Notes: generated by a model from the letters alone, not told the origin. A stretch of DNA of 64,000 nucleotides from Thermoplasmata archaeon (GCA_021792255.1 JAJYUZ010000004.1:68692-132691), one strand, 5' to 3'. Positions 39,533-48,503 are shown, counted from the stretch's first letter. A program made the numbers and translations.

Positions 39533-39769
39533 GTGGACCAACAGACTAAGAGCAAACCCTCGAGATGGAACTTCCTTACAGTAATCATTTTCGAGCTTGT
39601 GTCAGTGGACCTCACTATTTATGAAATTTTCGAGAACTTGAAGATATACCCTTCAAATGAGTTCAACGCAACAATTGTAATGATTCTCTCAGTGGTCGTC
39701 TTCTTCTTTCTCTGGTTGATAGGCAGGGAGGCGTTCGAGGTGTTGCTCAAGTTGAGAGAGCAAACGTAG
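39533..39769 (+). CDS. Small hypothetical membrane protein (element-encoded)
   Basis: 78 aa with a GTG start and two hydrophobic helices (FLTVIIFELVSVDLTIY, IVMILSVVVFFFLWLIG). No homology recognised. Confidence 0.3.
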   Translation: MDQQTKSKPSRWNFLTVIIFELVSVDLTIYEIFENLKIYPSNEFNATIVMILSVVVFFFLWLIGREAFEVLLKLREQT

Positions 39770-40107
39770 TTCATCGAGCTAATTTCGTTTCCATCCCAAG
39801 AATCTCTTCTGAAGATATCTCAACAATCAGAAAAATTGTGACTAAATTTAGGACTTGGTTCTGAAGTTAGAAAAATTCAGGCTTTTCGATATTTCGTATG
39901 ATCTCTTCTGTAAGGCCCTCGATCGAGAGATCTCCTGCAGCTGCCCAAAATATCGAGAAAATAGGGCAAAAGAGGTCATTCTGGGGACACTATGACAGGA
40001 ATATTGGTCTCTCAGCTCTTCCATCAACTAGTATTCCGAAAACTGATACGTTATTCGGAATCCTCTAGAGAATTTTGAGAGAAATATGTTCAGTTCATTT
40101 TTGTATT

Positions 40108-40470
40108 CTATTTCATGACGCCTTTGAGTCTTACTGAGTAGATTATCGCAACAATTGCAGATGCTGCTATCAGCGTTATCCAAAGAGCAAGAAGGAAATG
40201 TTCCGCACCGGTGAACCAGTTAGACCAGAATGGCGGGTCGCTTACCACACCGTTCTTGAATTGATTGTAGATAATCCACCAATAGCTGTAGAAGAATCTT
40301 TTTACCACAAGACTTATCCCTGGTGAATATTCGAACACAGTTATTGGGGAAAAGAATCTGAAGAAATATACTCCGAAGGACAAACCAGAAATGTAGAAAA
40401 TGATAACCGCTTCAAGTACTACGAAGATCGAGGTCATCTTCACTATTTTACTCTTTCTTTTGTCCATCAT
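40108..40470 (-). CDS. Hypothetical membrane protein (element-encoded)
   Basis: 120 aa with 3 TM helices. An 8-bp inverted repeat ATTCCGAA...TTCGGAAT lies about 45-75 nt downstream of the stop. Confidence 0.4.
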   Translation of the reverse strand: MMDKRKSKIVKMTSIFVVLEAVIIFYISGLSFGVYFFRFFSPITVFEYSPGISLVVKRFFYSYWWIIYNQFKNGVVSDPPFWSNWFTGAEHFLLALWITLIAASAIVAIIYSVRLKGVMK

Positions 40471-40548
40471 TTATTAATCAAGAATGTATATTAATACCTT
40501 CTAATAGACCTGAATGTGTGAGAGGTTCGTAGACGCGGAGTCATAAGC

Positions 40549-41466
40549 ATGCAGGAGTTCCGGATATGGGCAGTTGGCTCTGGAAGATTTGCATTTTCTA
40601 CAGTAGAGAGACAGGTCCGGAAGCTGCGTTTCATGTCAAGGCACTTCGACTTACTGGACCCATCCATGACAGACCTCTACAAATACATCAACGAAGAGTT
40701 GAGGAGGGGCAAGAAAAGAAAATCCCTCAACAACGAGATGAAGGACCTGAAGGCCTGGTGCGAGTTCAACAAGATCGTTATGGATTTCCCCAAGTTCAAG
40801 AGGGAACCGTCGCCGGAGCCGTGGATCCCTACCGACGACGATATCGACAGAGTCCTTGCCTATTGCGACAGGATGAAGGTGAGGTCGATAGGCATCAGGA
40901 ACAAGGCCTTCTTCTCCGTCCTGATCTACGGAGGTCTGAGGATCGGCGAGATGCAGAAGCTCAACGTCGAGGATATCAGGGACATCGGCCTCTACGTGAG
41001 GAGCGAGAAACTTGAGAAGGACAGGACCATAGGCCTTCCTGACGATGTCATTTCGCTATTGAAACTGTATATCAGGGACCACAGGACCGATAGTGACCCC
41101 AAGGTCCTGTTCACCACTCCGAAGGGAAGGATGACTTATCAATATATGAGAAACGTCGTTTACAAGGCCGGACACTCCCTCGGTATCCCGCAACTGCACC
41201 CTCATTCGTTCAGGCATTATTGCGCAACTTCTCTCTTGCGGGGCTATAGGGGCCTTCCTGGAATAGATGTAAGAGAGGTGCAAATCCACTTGGGGCATGC
41301 CCGCTTGGAGACGACTGCTATATATACCCACATATCACAGGCGAGCGTGGCAGGAAAGGTGAACGGCGTATACAACGCCAGGTTTCGGAAAGAGGTCGAT
41401 GAAATCATGACAGGGTCAAAAAGAATCGAATCCGACCATGCACTTCATGCGAGCGCCGGGATTTGA
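40549..41466 (+). CDS. int: Tyrosine recombinase / integrase
   Basis: 305 aa with an N-terminal SAM-like domain. Catalytic signature is GLRIGEM (Arg), HPHSFRHYCATSLL (H-x-x-R), and LGHARLETTAIYTH (His...Tyr). The stop codon lies inside tRNA-Gly. Confidence 0.9.
   Translation: MQEFRIWAVGSGRFAFSTVERQVRKLRFMSRHFDLLDPSMTDLYKYINEELRRGKKRKSLNNEMKDLKAWCEFNKIVMDFPKFKREPSPEPWIPTDDDIDRVLAYCDRMKVRSIGIRNKAFFSVLIYGGLRIGEMQKLNVEDIRDIGLYVRSEKLEKDRTIGLPDDVISLLKLYIRDHRTDSDPKVLFTTPKGRMTYQYMRNVVYKAGHSLGIPQLHPHSFRHYCATSLLRGYRGLPGIDVREVQIHLGHARLETTAIYTHISQASVAGKVNGVYNARFRKEVDEIMTGSKRIESDHALHASAGI
41447..41462. repeat. Direct repeat ATGCGAGCGCCGGGAT (tRNA-proximal att copy)
   Basis: Identical to 39285-39300. Overlaps the 3' end of tRNA-Gly and the last 6 codons of int. 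Confidence 0.75.
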
Positions 41467-41520
41467 ACCCGAGGCATGAGCTTGGCAAGCTCACGTGTTA
41501 CCAGGCTACACCACGCTCGC
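41448..41520 (-). tRNA. tRNA-Gly (anticodon GCC)
   Basis: Minus-strand sequence is GCGAGCG-TG-GTGT..ACAC-G-TGAGC-TTGCCAA-GCTCA-..-TCGGG-TTCAAAT-CCCGG-CGCTCGC-A. This is a full cloverleaf of 73 nt. Confidence 0.9.
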
Positions 41521-41622
41521 TAAGCACCCTATGACTACCATGATAAAAAACTAACCTATCTACACGAAATAATGGCTGTGCGGTTAGCTGTCAACATAGA
41601 ACTCCTCAAACTAAACACATTC

Positions 41623-41628
41623 TTTATA
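41623..41628 (+). promoter_or_regulatory. TATA-box-like element for tRNA-Arg
   Basis: TTTATA is centred about 25 nt upstream of the tRNA-Arg 5' end (41650), which is the canonical archaeal spacing. Confidence 0.4.
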
Positions 41629-41649
41629 CCGACCGCAGGATACAGTTCC

Positions 41650-41724
41650 GGGCCCGTGGGGTAGTTTGGATCATCCTTTTGGCCTTCGGAGCCGACGACC
41701 CGGGTTCAAATCCCGGCGGGCCCG
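41650..41724 (+). tRNA. tRNA-Arg (anticodon TCG)
   Basis: Sequence is GGGCCCG...TTGGC-CTTCGGA-GCCGA...CCGGG-TTCAAAT-CCCGG-CGGGCCC-G. Cloverleaf of 75 nt, divergent from tRNA-Gly. Confidence 0.9.
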
Positions 41725-41992
41725 TCCATTATTGGAGAGATATAGAACATCACTTTTTGCCCTTTCAAAAATCCCCTTACTTTTATCACATCCTTTTAAA
41801 ACAAGGCAATTTCACGTTCCGTAGAATACTATTTCACTTCTTCAAAGTTCAGTCGCTATATTTTGAGACTGGCTCGTTGAGAACCTTAACCGCCTGCCTT
41901 TTCGAATTCAAGGTGTGTTTCCATTCATATGGTTAATCGGGCTCCGTCCAGGATTCTTTTGCAACAAACTACATCTATTTCTTTTCTGGCTG

Positions 41993-42220
41993 TTACGAAT
42001 GAGGGTGCTTCCAGAGGACTTCGCCGCTCTCTCTGACGCAGCATTGCACTGTCTCTTCATAGCCCTGTCCCCTGGTCGGGAAGATGCCAATCTTGAAACA
42101 CCAGATCCCATCCTCGTTCCTCGATTCGTAGACCTCTACACTTTCGATTCCGAAGAGAGATCTCATTTTGTTTCTCATAACCGACTCAGACCATTTTGAA
42201 CTAGATGGTATCTCTTCCAT
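41993..42220 (-). CDS. Hypothetical small protein
   Basis: 75-aa ORF. A second ORF in another frame (41908..42111) overlaps it, so it may be a disrupted gene. No confident homology. Confidence 0.2.
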   Translation of the reverse strand: MEEIPSSSKWSESVMRNKMRSLFGIESVEVYESRNEDGIWCFKIGIFPTRGQGYEETVQCCVRESGEVLWKHPHS

Positions 42221-42394
42221 TTTCCTTGTTTTAATGTAATTTGATTCTTAACATTTTCTCAAGACTGAATGTACTACCTGCAAAGCACTGAAGCATATCA
42301 CTGGATTGCCCCTTTCGAGTCTACGGTGCGGCAATAACTAGGGTATATTTCTAAGTCTACGTATGCACATGACCACAGAGAATGCTCTGTCCCT

Positions 42395-43210
42395 TCATGA
42401 ACGAAGGAATCCATCCAGTTCATTGAAGAATTCTTCTCTGTTGTCCAGGTAGAGTGCATGACCAGCCTTCCTCACAGGACGGAGCGTTGATCTCTTTATG
42501 GATCTGTTGTACCTCAGGAACGATTCCAAAGGAATGACGTTATCGTTTTCTCCGTACATTATCAATACTGGTTTCCTTATAAGGGACGTTTCCTGCGACA
42601 GGTCTTCGCTCCACACCGGTCCGACGAGTACGAGTTTGTTCACGGATTCCGGATGCCTTGATGCGTAGGAGACGGCGAACGGTCCCGAGAACGATGCACC
42701 CAGGAGTGAGAACTTCTTGAGCCCTGTACTCCTTGAGAACTCTTCTATGAATGTGGCTGCGTTGGAATACTTCCTGGTTGGAGGATAGAATTCACCGTTC
42801 TCATCGCTCTCACCCCAGCCGGGATAGTCTACTGCGACGTAATCGAGACCCATCTCATTTATCCTACCTGGTGCACCTATAGACGACCAAGTTTCAGCTT
42901 TGAATGACTTTCCGTGCAGAAGCAGCAGAGCGTCCCTTGATCCCGCAATCCTGCTCTCTACGTAATGGACTCTCTTTCCGTTCACAATCACGAATCTGCT
43001 TGCCGGTTCCACGATCTCCCATGGAGCATAGGTTATTACGCTTGCCGTCTGCGCGAGAAGAGGAAAGATATATTGCCAAGGTTCAAGAAGCAATGACCAT
43101 TGCCACCTCCGGCAGATCTGGAGACGAGATCCTAACTTCGCCCATCTCGTCATTCCGGTGACAACCAGTTCAGGAGCCTTCCATGATACCCTGAAGGAAT
43201 ACCGATCCAC
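42395..43210 (-). CDS. Alpha/beta-fold hydrolase
   Basis: LLLLHGKSF (oxyanion HG), nucleophile elbow LLGASFSGPF (G-x-S-x-G), and C-terminal GHALYLD (His). Start is uncertain and the N-terminal ~60 aa may not be translated. Confidence 0.75.
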   Translation of the reverse strand: MDRYSFRVSWKAPELVVTGMTRWAKLGSRLQICRRWQWSLLLEPWQYIFPLLAQTASVITYAPWEIVEPASRFVIVNGKRVHYVESRIAGSRDALLLLHGKSFKAETWSSIGAPGRINEMGLDYVAVDYPGWGESDENGEFYPPTRKYSNAATFIEEFSRSTGLKKFSLLGASFSGPFAVSYASRHPESVNKLVLVGPVWSEDLSQETSLIRKPVLIMYGENDNVIPLESFLRYNRSIKRSTLRPVRKAGHALYLDNREEFFNELDGFLRS

Positions 43211-43227
43211 GTCTGCCTTAAGGATGC

Positions 43228-43782
43228 TTAGACTTCTTCCCTGAGGAACTCAGCAATCCTATAAGATAAGACCGCCCTGTTGACTCGGGTAACCTCCAGG
43301 CTCATGAAGTCGTCCCTCGTCTTCACCTGCTGGAGGATGGCGTTCCTTCCCTTCTTGTGGAGTGACAGAATCATCATCTTGTCCAGTTCGAGTACCTCCT
43401 TGACTGCTTCGATGAAAGACTTACTCTCCTACTCCATTCTGCCCACCTCGTCTATAATAACGACATCTGCGTTCTCCTTCAACCACTCCATCGCAGGTAT
43501 TGCGATCTGGTCAAACGCCCTGAGGTCAGACGAATTCACTGAGACAGAAAAGAGAGGAGTTCCAGAAGAAGACCTTGTAAGAAAGTTTAGATGGAATTTT
43601 AAGAGAGGAGTTTGATCTGCTATGATGAGCTCCCCTGTCGATTTTAAGAAAGATGGCTATAAAAGAGATTTGTCTGTGTACAACACCCCCTTGTCAGGAG
43701 GATACACATCATATTCGACACATTTTTCCCGGGCTCCTGGAATGACGGTCTGGAAATGGAGAAAGTGGAGAAGGTAAGACAC
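43228..43782 (-). pseudogene. Decayed THEP1/MJ1559-type nucleoside-triphosphatase gene with two in-frame TAG codons
   Basis: A single minus-strand frame from GTG 43782 to TAA 43228 reads ..VIPGAREKCVEY..GVLYTDKSLL*PSFLKSTGELIIAD..VVIIDEVGRME*ESKSFIEAVKEVL..LEVTRVNRAVL... The Walker B and C-terminal half match the family. TAG codons lie at 43657-43659 and 43429-43431, and the Walker A looks degenerate. Confidence 0.6.
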
Positions 43783-43901
43783 CCATTCGAGTGCCCTCAG
43801 GAATTCTTGGTCTTTCTCTCAAGAGTGAGATCGCTTTAGAACGTTCCTTTCAGGGAACTGGAAGGATACGTCAGGAAGATCTAACAGCTTACAGGCAAGT
43901 A

Positions 43902-44318
43902 TCAACTACCCTTCGCAACTCTAAGGGTGACTCCGTCGTCCATAACCTCTGTGACAGTTATGGCCTCGTTATCTGAGGTATCAGAATCGCACACGAAACT
44001 CCAGTCCTCGTTCATCACCGTGACGCTCCCGGGATTTCCTGAAGGGACTCCCTTTGTAATTCTCCCCTTCTGTCCAACAAGCGTTTCTGCGTGGAAATAT
44101 TTCTTGTGAATCCTTTCGACCCTGGTCAATCTGAATCCTACAAGAAGGATTAAAGTCAGCACATAGAAAACGATTGAGAGTGGTAATAGGAAGACGTTGC
44201 TTTCCCCCGATGCCAGATACTCTATAAGCAGGAATGTCGAAAAAATCAAAAGTATGCCCAATATGATTAGGGTCCTATAACCGTACTTGATCAAGATGGA
44301 AGAAACTTCCTTTGGCAT
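43902..44318 (-). CDS. NfeD-family membrane protein (short form with C-terminal OB-fold)
   Basis: 138 aa. Three N-terminal TM helices, then GQKGRITKGVPSGNPGSVTVMNEDWSFVCD...ITVTEVMDDGVTLRV, typical of the NfeD C-terminal domain. Confidence 0.7.
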   Translation of the reverse strand: MPKEVSSILIKYGYRTLIILGILLIFSTFLLIEYLASGESNVFLLPLSIVFYVLTLILLVGFRLTRVERIHKKYFHAETLVGQKGRITKGVPSGNPGSVTVMNEDWSFVCDSDTSDNEAITVTEVMDDGVTLRVAKGS

Positions 44319-44362
44319 CTTTCATATCACTCCTTTTATTTGATTGACCCAGACTGTTAGGT

Positions 44363-44680
44363 TCATAGAGTTTCTGCGAGCAGCCTTGAAGTCTCTGTTA
44401 AGTCAGGAGGGAATGCGTCCTTTGCAGGCAGACTTGAGCTTATAGTCATCATCTTTTCTAGGTAGTGCAAGGCAATCCTCTTCTTATGGGTTTTCTCTAA
44501 AATACCGGGTGCAGTTATTGGATCTATTGCATACCCGGGAGCCCTTGGGATTGTTGATAGTGCATTCCATTTTGCTACCATTATGGTTGCCTGTTCCTTA
44601 CCATCAACTACCGGTACTATGCTCCTCCTCGATTTCTCCTCGCTCGCTTGCACAGTTATAGTCCCAGGCACATTATCCAA
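44363..44680 (-). CDS. Hypothetical protein upstream of nfeD
   Basis: 105-aa ORF with a TTG start, soluble. No motif recognised. Not an SPFH/stomatin protein. Confidence 0.35.
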   Translation of the reverse strand: MDNVPGTITVQASEEKSRRSIVPVVDGKEQATIMVAKWNALSTIPRAPGYAIDPITAPGILEKTHKKRIALHYLEKMMTISSSLPAKDAFPPDLTETSRLLAETL

Positions 44681-44857
44681 CCGGAGAATGCCTTTCTTTC
44701 TACCTTCATAGCCTCAAACTCAACTATGTGTCGGCTTTGTCAAGAGGACGGAGTCAGTGACCACCTAAAACTCTGAAGAATGTGCGAGCACGATTTCATT
44801 TCGGTGAATAGTCGTGGCGTAGATGTTAAATCTTCGATTTATCATTTCATCTGTTCC

Positions 44858-45094
44858 TTACCCAGACCCATTCTTCTTTTTGCCATTACGTGTTAACAAC
44901 CTATTCTTTACTGTCTCTTCGACGTGTTTCAGTTCAGACTCTATTGATTTCAGTGGGCCTTCTTTTTTGGGTTTGTTCTTCCGATTCATTTCATGCTGGA
45001 GAGATTTCTCGATAGCCTCTTTTCTCACTCTCTTGGTGTACTTGATTTCCCTTCTTTTCTCTTCCTTCTTCAACTCCCTCTTCCAGTCACCCAA
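44858..45094 (-). CDS. Hypothetical lysine/glutamate-rich small protein
   Basis: 78 aa and strongly charged (KKEEKRREIKYTKRVRKEAIEK). Preferred over the overlapping plus-strand ORF 44823..45128, which is Phe/Ser/Leu-rich shadow-like sequence. Confidence 0.3.
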   Translation of the reverse strand: MGDWKRELKKEEKRREIKYTKRVRKEAIEKSLQHEMNRKNKPKKEGPLKSIESELKHVEETVKNRLLTRNGKKKNGSG

Positions 45095-45323
45095 AGCGAT
45101 ACCTCCTTTTCAAAATGGAATTCAGTGAATAAAATGAACCCCTGTCCTTGAGGATGGGATTCAAATTTACGTGGGTAGACGGGTTGCTTTTCATCACTCT
45201 TTCAATTGAAAATCTCTAATAAACGTTTCTGGTGATAGATTATCGTACACCTGAAGGTTTGACAGAAAGACCTTTTTCGGGCTCACGGGCAGAGGTAAGG
45301 ACGGTACAATCGCAATGGCAATC

Positions 45324-45731
45324 TTATAATAGAGAGTATTCACACTGCTCTTTCTTGCCAGCTGACTTAATGCACATTTTATCAAATGGTTCACATTTTC
45401 TTTCTATAACACAATTAGAAAACCACAAGAAAGCTAATTGGTGAGGGCAGTCTTGGCATATTATGGAAGAGCACGAGTTGGATGTTTCTGAAATATTCAC
45501 GCCAAGGCTGACATATAAAACCATTTTTGACTTCTCAATAAGAATATGATAGGTCCATCTCATTTCATGAAGGAATTTAATGGAATTTATTTGAACGAAA
45601 AGGGCAGAAGGGTCTTTGTTGAGGATTCCTAATAAGAATTTCTCCAATATCGCGCAGTGTAATGGATGACCATTTCTGAGCAAGACTGAAATTAGCTTGT
45701 TCTTCTGGACATAGCGTTTGATTAAGAACAA
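45324..45731 (-). CDS. Hypothetical Cys-rich protein
   Basis: 135 aa. The C-terminal part has several Cys (CSSIICQDCPHQ...SNCVIERKCEPFDKMC). Divergent from 45799 with a TATA-like tatatagatattta between them. No homology recognised. Confidence 0.3.
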   Translation of the reverse strand: MFLIKRYVQKNKLISVLLRNGHPLHCAILEKFLLGILNKDPSALFVQINSIKFLHEMRWTYHILIEKSKMVLYVSLGVNISETSNSCSSIICQDCPHQLAFLWFSNCVIERKCEPFDKMCIKSAGKKEQCEYSLL

Positions 45732-45798
45732 CCGATCGGCTTCTGGGAAATTTGTATATAGATATTTAGCTCTTTAGCAAATTGAGAGGGAAAGAGAA

Positions 45799-46386
45799 AT
45801 GAAAAGAATGACAAAGGCGATAGTTGCTATAGTAATCTTAATTGCCCTTGTATATCTGGTTGGAATTCCTGAAATCCCCTACTTCGATAACTATCAAATC
45901 CGACTTTCTGCCGGTCTCGATCCACACTCTTTTGAATCGGGGTCAAATGTTTCACTCAGCGTGACGATGACAAACCTCTGGTTCACAACCTACCTTCTTA
46001 AAGAGAACTTCTGGGTTAGAGGAATCAACCTTATGGGTGGTCCTTGTTCCTACACTCCCTTGGGGTTCCTCGTATACCAAGGCAACCTCACCCAGTCAAC
46101 TTTAATGTCTGCAACACCGCTCAACGTGTCAAATCCTAGCGTGATAGTGCTTTTTAACTGCCCGATGATTCGTGCCTCTCCACTGAACGCGTTCTATAGA
46201 TTCAATGGATTCTCCTCCATTTCATACTCCACCTCTTTCGGTGGATATTGGACACCCCTACCTCCTTATACGGGAAACCAGTCTAGCCAGACTTATGTCT
46301 TTAACGAATTCGGTCCGGGAGTATACACTGTTCTGGTCAAGGATGCTTGGGGAGCAAACGTGCTTCTTCACTTCATCGTAAATTGA
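45799..46386 (+). CDS. Hypothetical secreted/anchored protein
   Basis: 195 aa with N-terminal anchor AIVAIVILIALVYLVG and several N-x-S/T sequons. Confidence 0.45.
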   Translation: MKRMTKAIVAIVILIALVYLVGIPEIPYFDNYQIRLSAGLDPHSFESGSNVSLSVTMTNLWFTTYLLKENFWVRGINLMGGPCSYTPLGFLVYQGNLTQSTLMSATPLNVSNPSVIVLFNCPMIRASPLNAFYRFNGFSSISYSTSFGGYWTPLPPYTGNQSSQTYVFNEFGPGVYTVLVKDAWGANVLLHFIVN

Positions 46387-47050
46387 TTTCCGCTGATTCA
46401 TGACAATCTCTAAAAGACTCATTTCAAACCAGAAAAAACATTGTAGTCAAGGGGGTAGTTCGTGCACTATCATGAAGATCCCGCTTTCTGAACTCGAGCC
46501 GATCCTTTTTGCGTGGCCCAAAGGTACACTTATCAAGATTGAAAATTTTACCGCCTTTTGGATTTTGAAGAGTTAATGTGGTAAATAAGTCATTACTCGC
46601 CCTGCTAATGTATCTCATTTTAAGTCTCACAACGACACTCATTAACCTCTTCTTTAGGATAGCAGGAGAGCCTATTGATATCGATAAAATTAAATCATCA
46701 TTGTAACCTTTCTGACGAATAGAACGAGTGTAGAAGAAAACGAAATATTATGAACTTCCCGTCTTCTTCTACGTAAGTTCCTCCTTTTTAAAACAGAAAC
46801 TCCTCTGAAGTATTCTGACGGTTAAAACCAGACAGCGAACGAATTTTTGTTTATGAATGGGATTTCGAGCTAACTGAGTTATTTTAAAAAAAATGGATAT
46901 GAGACCATTGGACAGGACCTGTTCCCGAAGAATAACTCCTCTTTGATTTTCTCAGAATAGGGGGTCTCAAGAAGGATTGAAGTCATGGGAATTGACCTGT
47001 TTGTTCTCCACGTGTAGAATGGATGTGGTTCAAATCTCGTAAACCTGGTT

Positions 47051-47584
47051 CTATTTATTTTTTCTAAATTTCTTTCTATACGAAGTATAGGATTCGGATA
47101 CAATCTTCAGAGCCTCCTTCCTTCCATTGAAACCTATGAACTTCATGAATTTTCCGCTTTCTAGTTCTTTATAGTGTTCAAAGAAGTGTCTCAGAACATT
47201 CTTTTCATACTCTGGGATGTCCCGGATATCCTTTATTGATTCAGAGTTTGGATCTACCTCGTTTACCGGAACAGCTATGATCTTATCGTCAATTCCGTGC
47301 TCGTCTTCCATTTCGGCAAGTCCCACTGCTCTGCACTTGACTACTATCCCTGGCTGGATTGCTGCAGATGAAATCAAAAGAACGTCCAATGGATCATTGT
47401 CCTTTGCCCACGTCTGAAGTATCAAGCCGTAGTTGGTGGGATATTTCATCGGAGTAAATAGTACCCTGTCAAGAATTATGGTCTCTAGTTCACTGCTATA
47501 CTCGTACTTGCAATCGCTTCCCATAGAGATCTCGACTAGGACGTAGAACGTATCGGGGAAATCCTTTGTCTGGCCAATTTTCAT
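47051..47584 (-). CDS. ppa: Inorganic pyrophosphatase (family I)
   Basis: 177 aa with YVLVEISMGSDCKYEY, YPTNYG, DNDPLDVLLIS and DDKIIAV motifs. Confidence 0.9.
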   Translation of the reverse strand: MKIGQTKDFPDTFYVLVEISMGSDCKYEYSSELETIILDRVLFTPMKYPTNYGLILQTWAKDNDPLDVLLISSAAIQPGIVVKCRAVGLAEMEDEHGIDDKIIAVPVNEVDPNSESIKDIRDIPEYEKNVLRHFFEHYKELESGKFMKFIGFNGRKEALKIVSESYTSYRKKFRKNK

Positions 47585-47692
47585 GATTTTGAATAGGCAA
47601 CTCGAAAATATAGCAATTTTGGCGGAATTGAATTTGAATAGTCTTGATCCTTATCGGAGAAGCATAAATCGTAGTCGCTTATTTGGTGTTGA

Positions 47693-48412
47693 ATGAAAAA
47701 AGTGCAGAAAGGGATCAACGGTCTCTCTCGCGGAAAAGGAGATCCCTCTAGAGACGGATCGATATCTGACCTAAAGGTGGGAGGCCTATCGGAGGTCAAG
47801 GAGTGGGGTTGGAATGCAGAAAATCTCGCTGATAACCTTATTGCAATAGATTATGAGACTATAGAAGGACTCAGGTCAGAAGACGAAGGAACCATAGAAA
47901 CCTGGAAAGATATACGGTTCAGCTATTCACAGACCTGGGGGATCATATACTCGAAGCCCAAAGAAATAGAGGGATACTGGAGTTATGTGCCTCTATTTCC
48001 AGAATATTTCGATAGGCTAATGAGTGGAATAATTCTTGAAGGTGACATCACGAAGGAGATGATACCACCGATCCACGAAAAAGGCCGATTTGACATCTAT
48101 CTGACCACACTGGCACTCAAAGAGAAACACAGAGGTAACGGAGTAGTACGCCTCTTGTACGATTCATTTATCAGGGCCGTCGAAGAGCTTGCGAAGAGTG
48201 GAGTATATTTCGACAGGATAGGGGCAAACGCTTACACCCTCGCAGGCTTAGCCGTCTGTACTAGAGTTTTTGGAATGAAATATCTGAGGGACAGCCCTAG
48301 CAGTGGAAAGATCATGGGTGGAAAGTTCTATCCTTTTGTCCCAAATGGAATCGCATCAAAGAGCAAGGATCTTGAATCGATTTACGACAAGGAGTTCAGA
48401 AATAGAAGATGA
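47693..48412 (+). CDS. Possible GNAT-family acetyltransferase
   Basis: 239 aa. IYLTTLALKEKHRGNGVVRLLYDSF resembles GNAT motif A (R/Q-x-x-G-x-G/A). The remainder is unassigned. Confidence 0.35.
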   Translation: MKKVQKGINGLSRGKGDPSRDGSISDLKVGGLSEVKEWGWNAENLADNLIAIDYETIEGLRSEDEGTIETWKDIRFSYSQTWGIIYSKPKEIEGYWSYVPLFPEYFDRLMSGIILEGDITKEMIPPIHEKGRFDIYLTTLALKEKHRGNGVVRLLYDSFIRAVEELAKSGVYFDRIGANAYTLAGLAVCTRVFGMKYLRDSPSSGKIMGGKFYPFVPNGIASKSKDLESIYDKEFRNRR

Positions 48413-48503
48413 TGATCGAGAAGCAGTTGAGATAAATTATACCGTCCAGAGATACACACCGTAAAGATAGTATTATAATTATAAGCCGACTAATGCCTTA
48501 CTC

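Larger units (their letters stand above)
39285..41462. mobile_element. ~2.2-kb integrative element in the 3' end of tRNA-Gly(GCC)
   Basis: Bounded by 16-bp direct repeats. Carries a tyrosine integrase whose last codons lie in the tRNA/att core, a 48-aa HTH ORF and small membrane ORFs. Confidence 0.7.

Noticed and set aside
41679-41936. 85-aa ORF beginning inside tRNA-Arg
   Set aside because: It overlaps the tRNA gene, and the remainder runs through AT-rich intergenic sequence. It has no motifs.
41908-42220. Possible frameshifted YjbR/MmcQ-like gene (INHMNGNT resembling the HMNKKHW motif in a second frame)
   Set aside because: The similarity is limited to a few residues, and the spacing between putative motifs does not fit the family. 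I kept it only as a low-confidence hypothetical ORF.
43280-43615. 111-aa plus-strand ORF
   Set aside because: It is antisense to the THEP1-like pseudogene, whose conceptual translation carries the real family motifs.
43228-43782. Two in-frame TAG codons as pyrrolysine or amber recoding
   Set aside because: TAG clearly serves as a normal terminator for conserved genes in this window, for example the PLP enzyme at 2560-2562 and the gene ending at 8469-8471. The gene also has a degenerate Walker A. A pseudogene is the simpler explanation.
45095-45323. T-loop-like GGGATTCAAAT string suggesting a tRNA fragment
   Set aside because: No complementary T-stem or acceptor sequences surround it, so it is likely chance.
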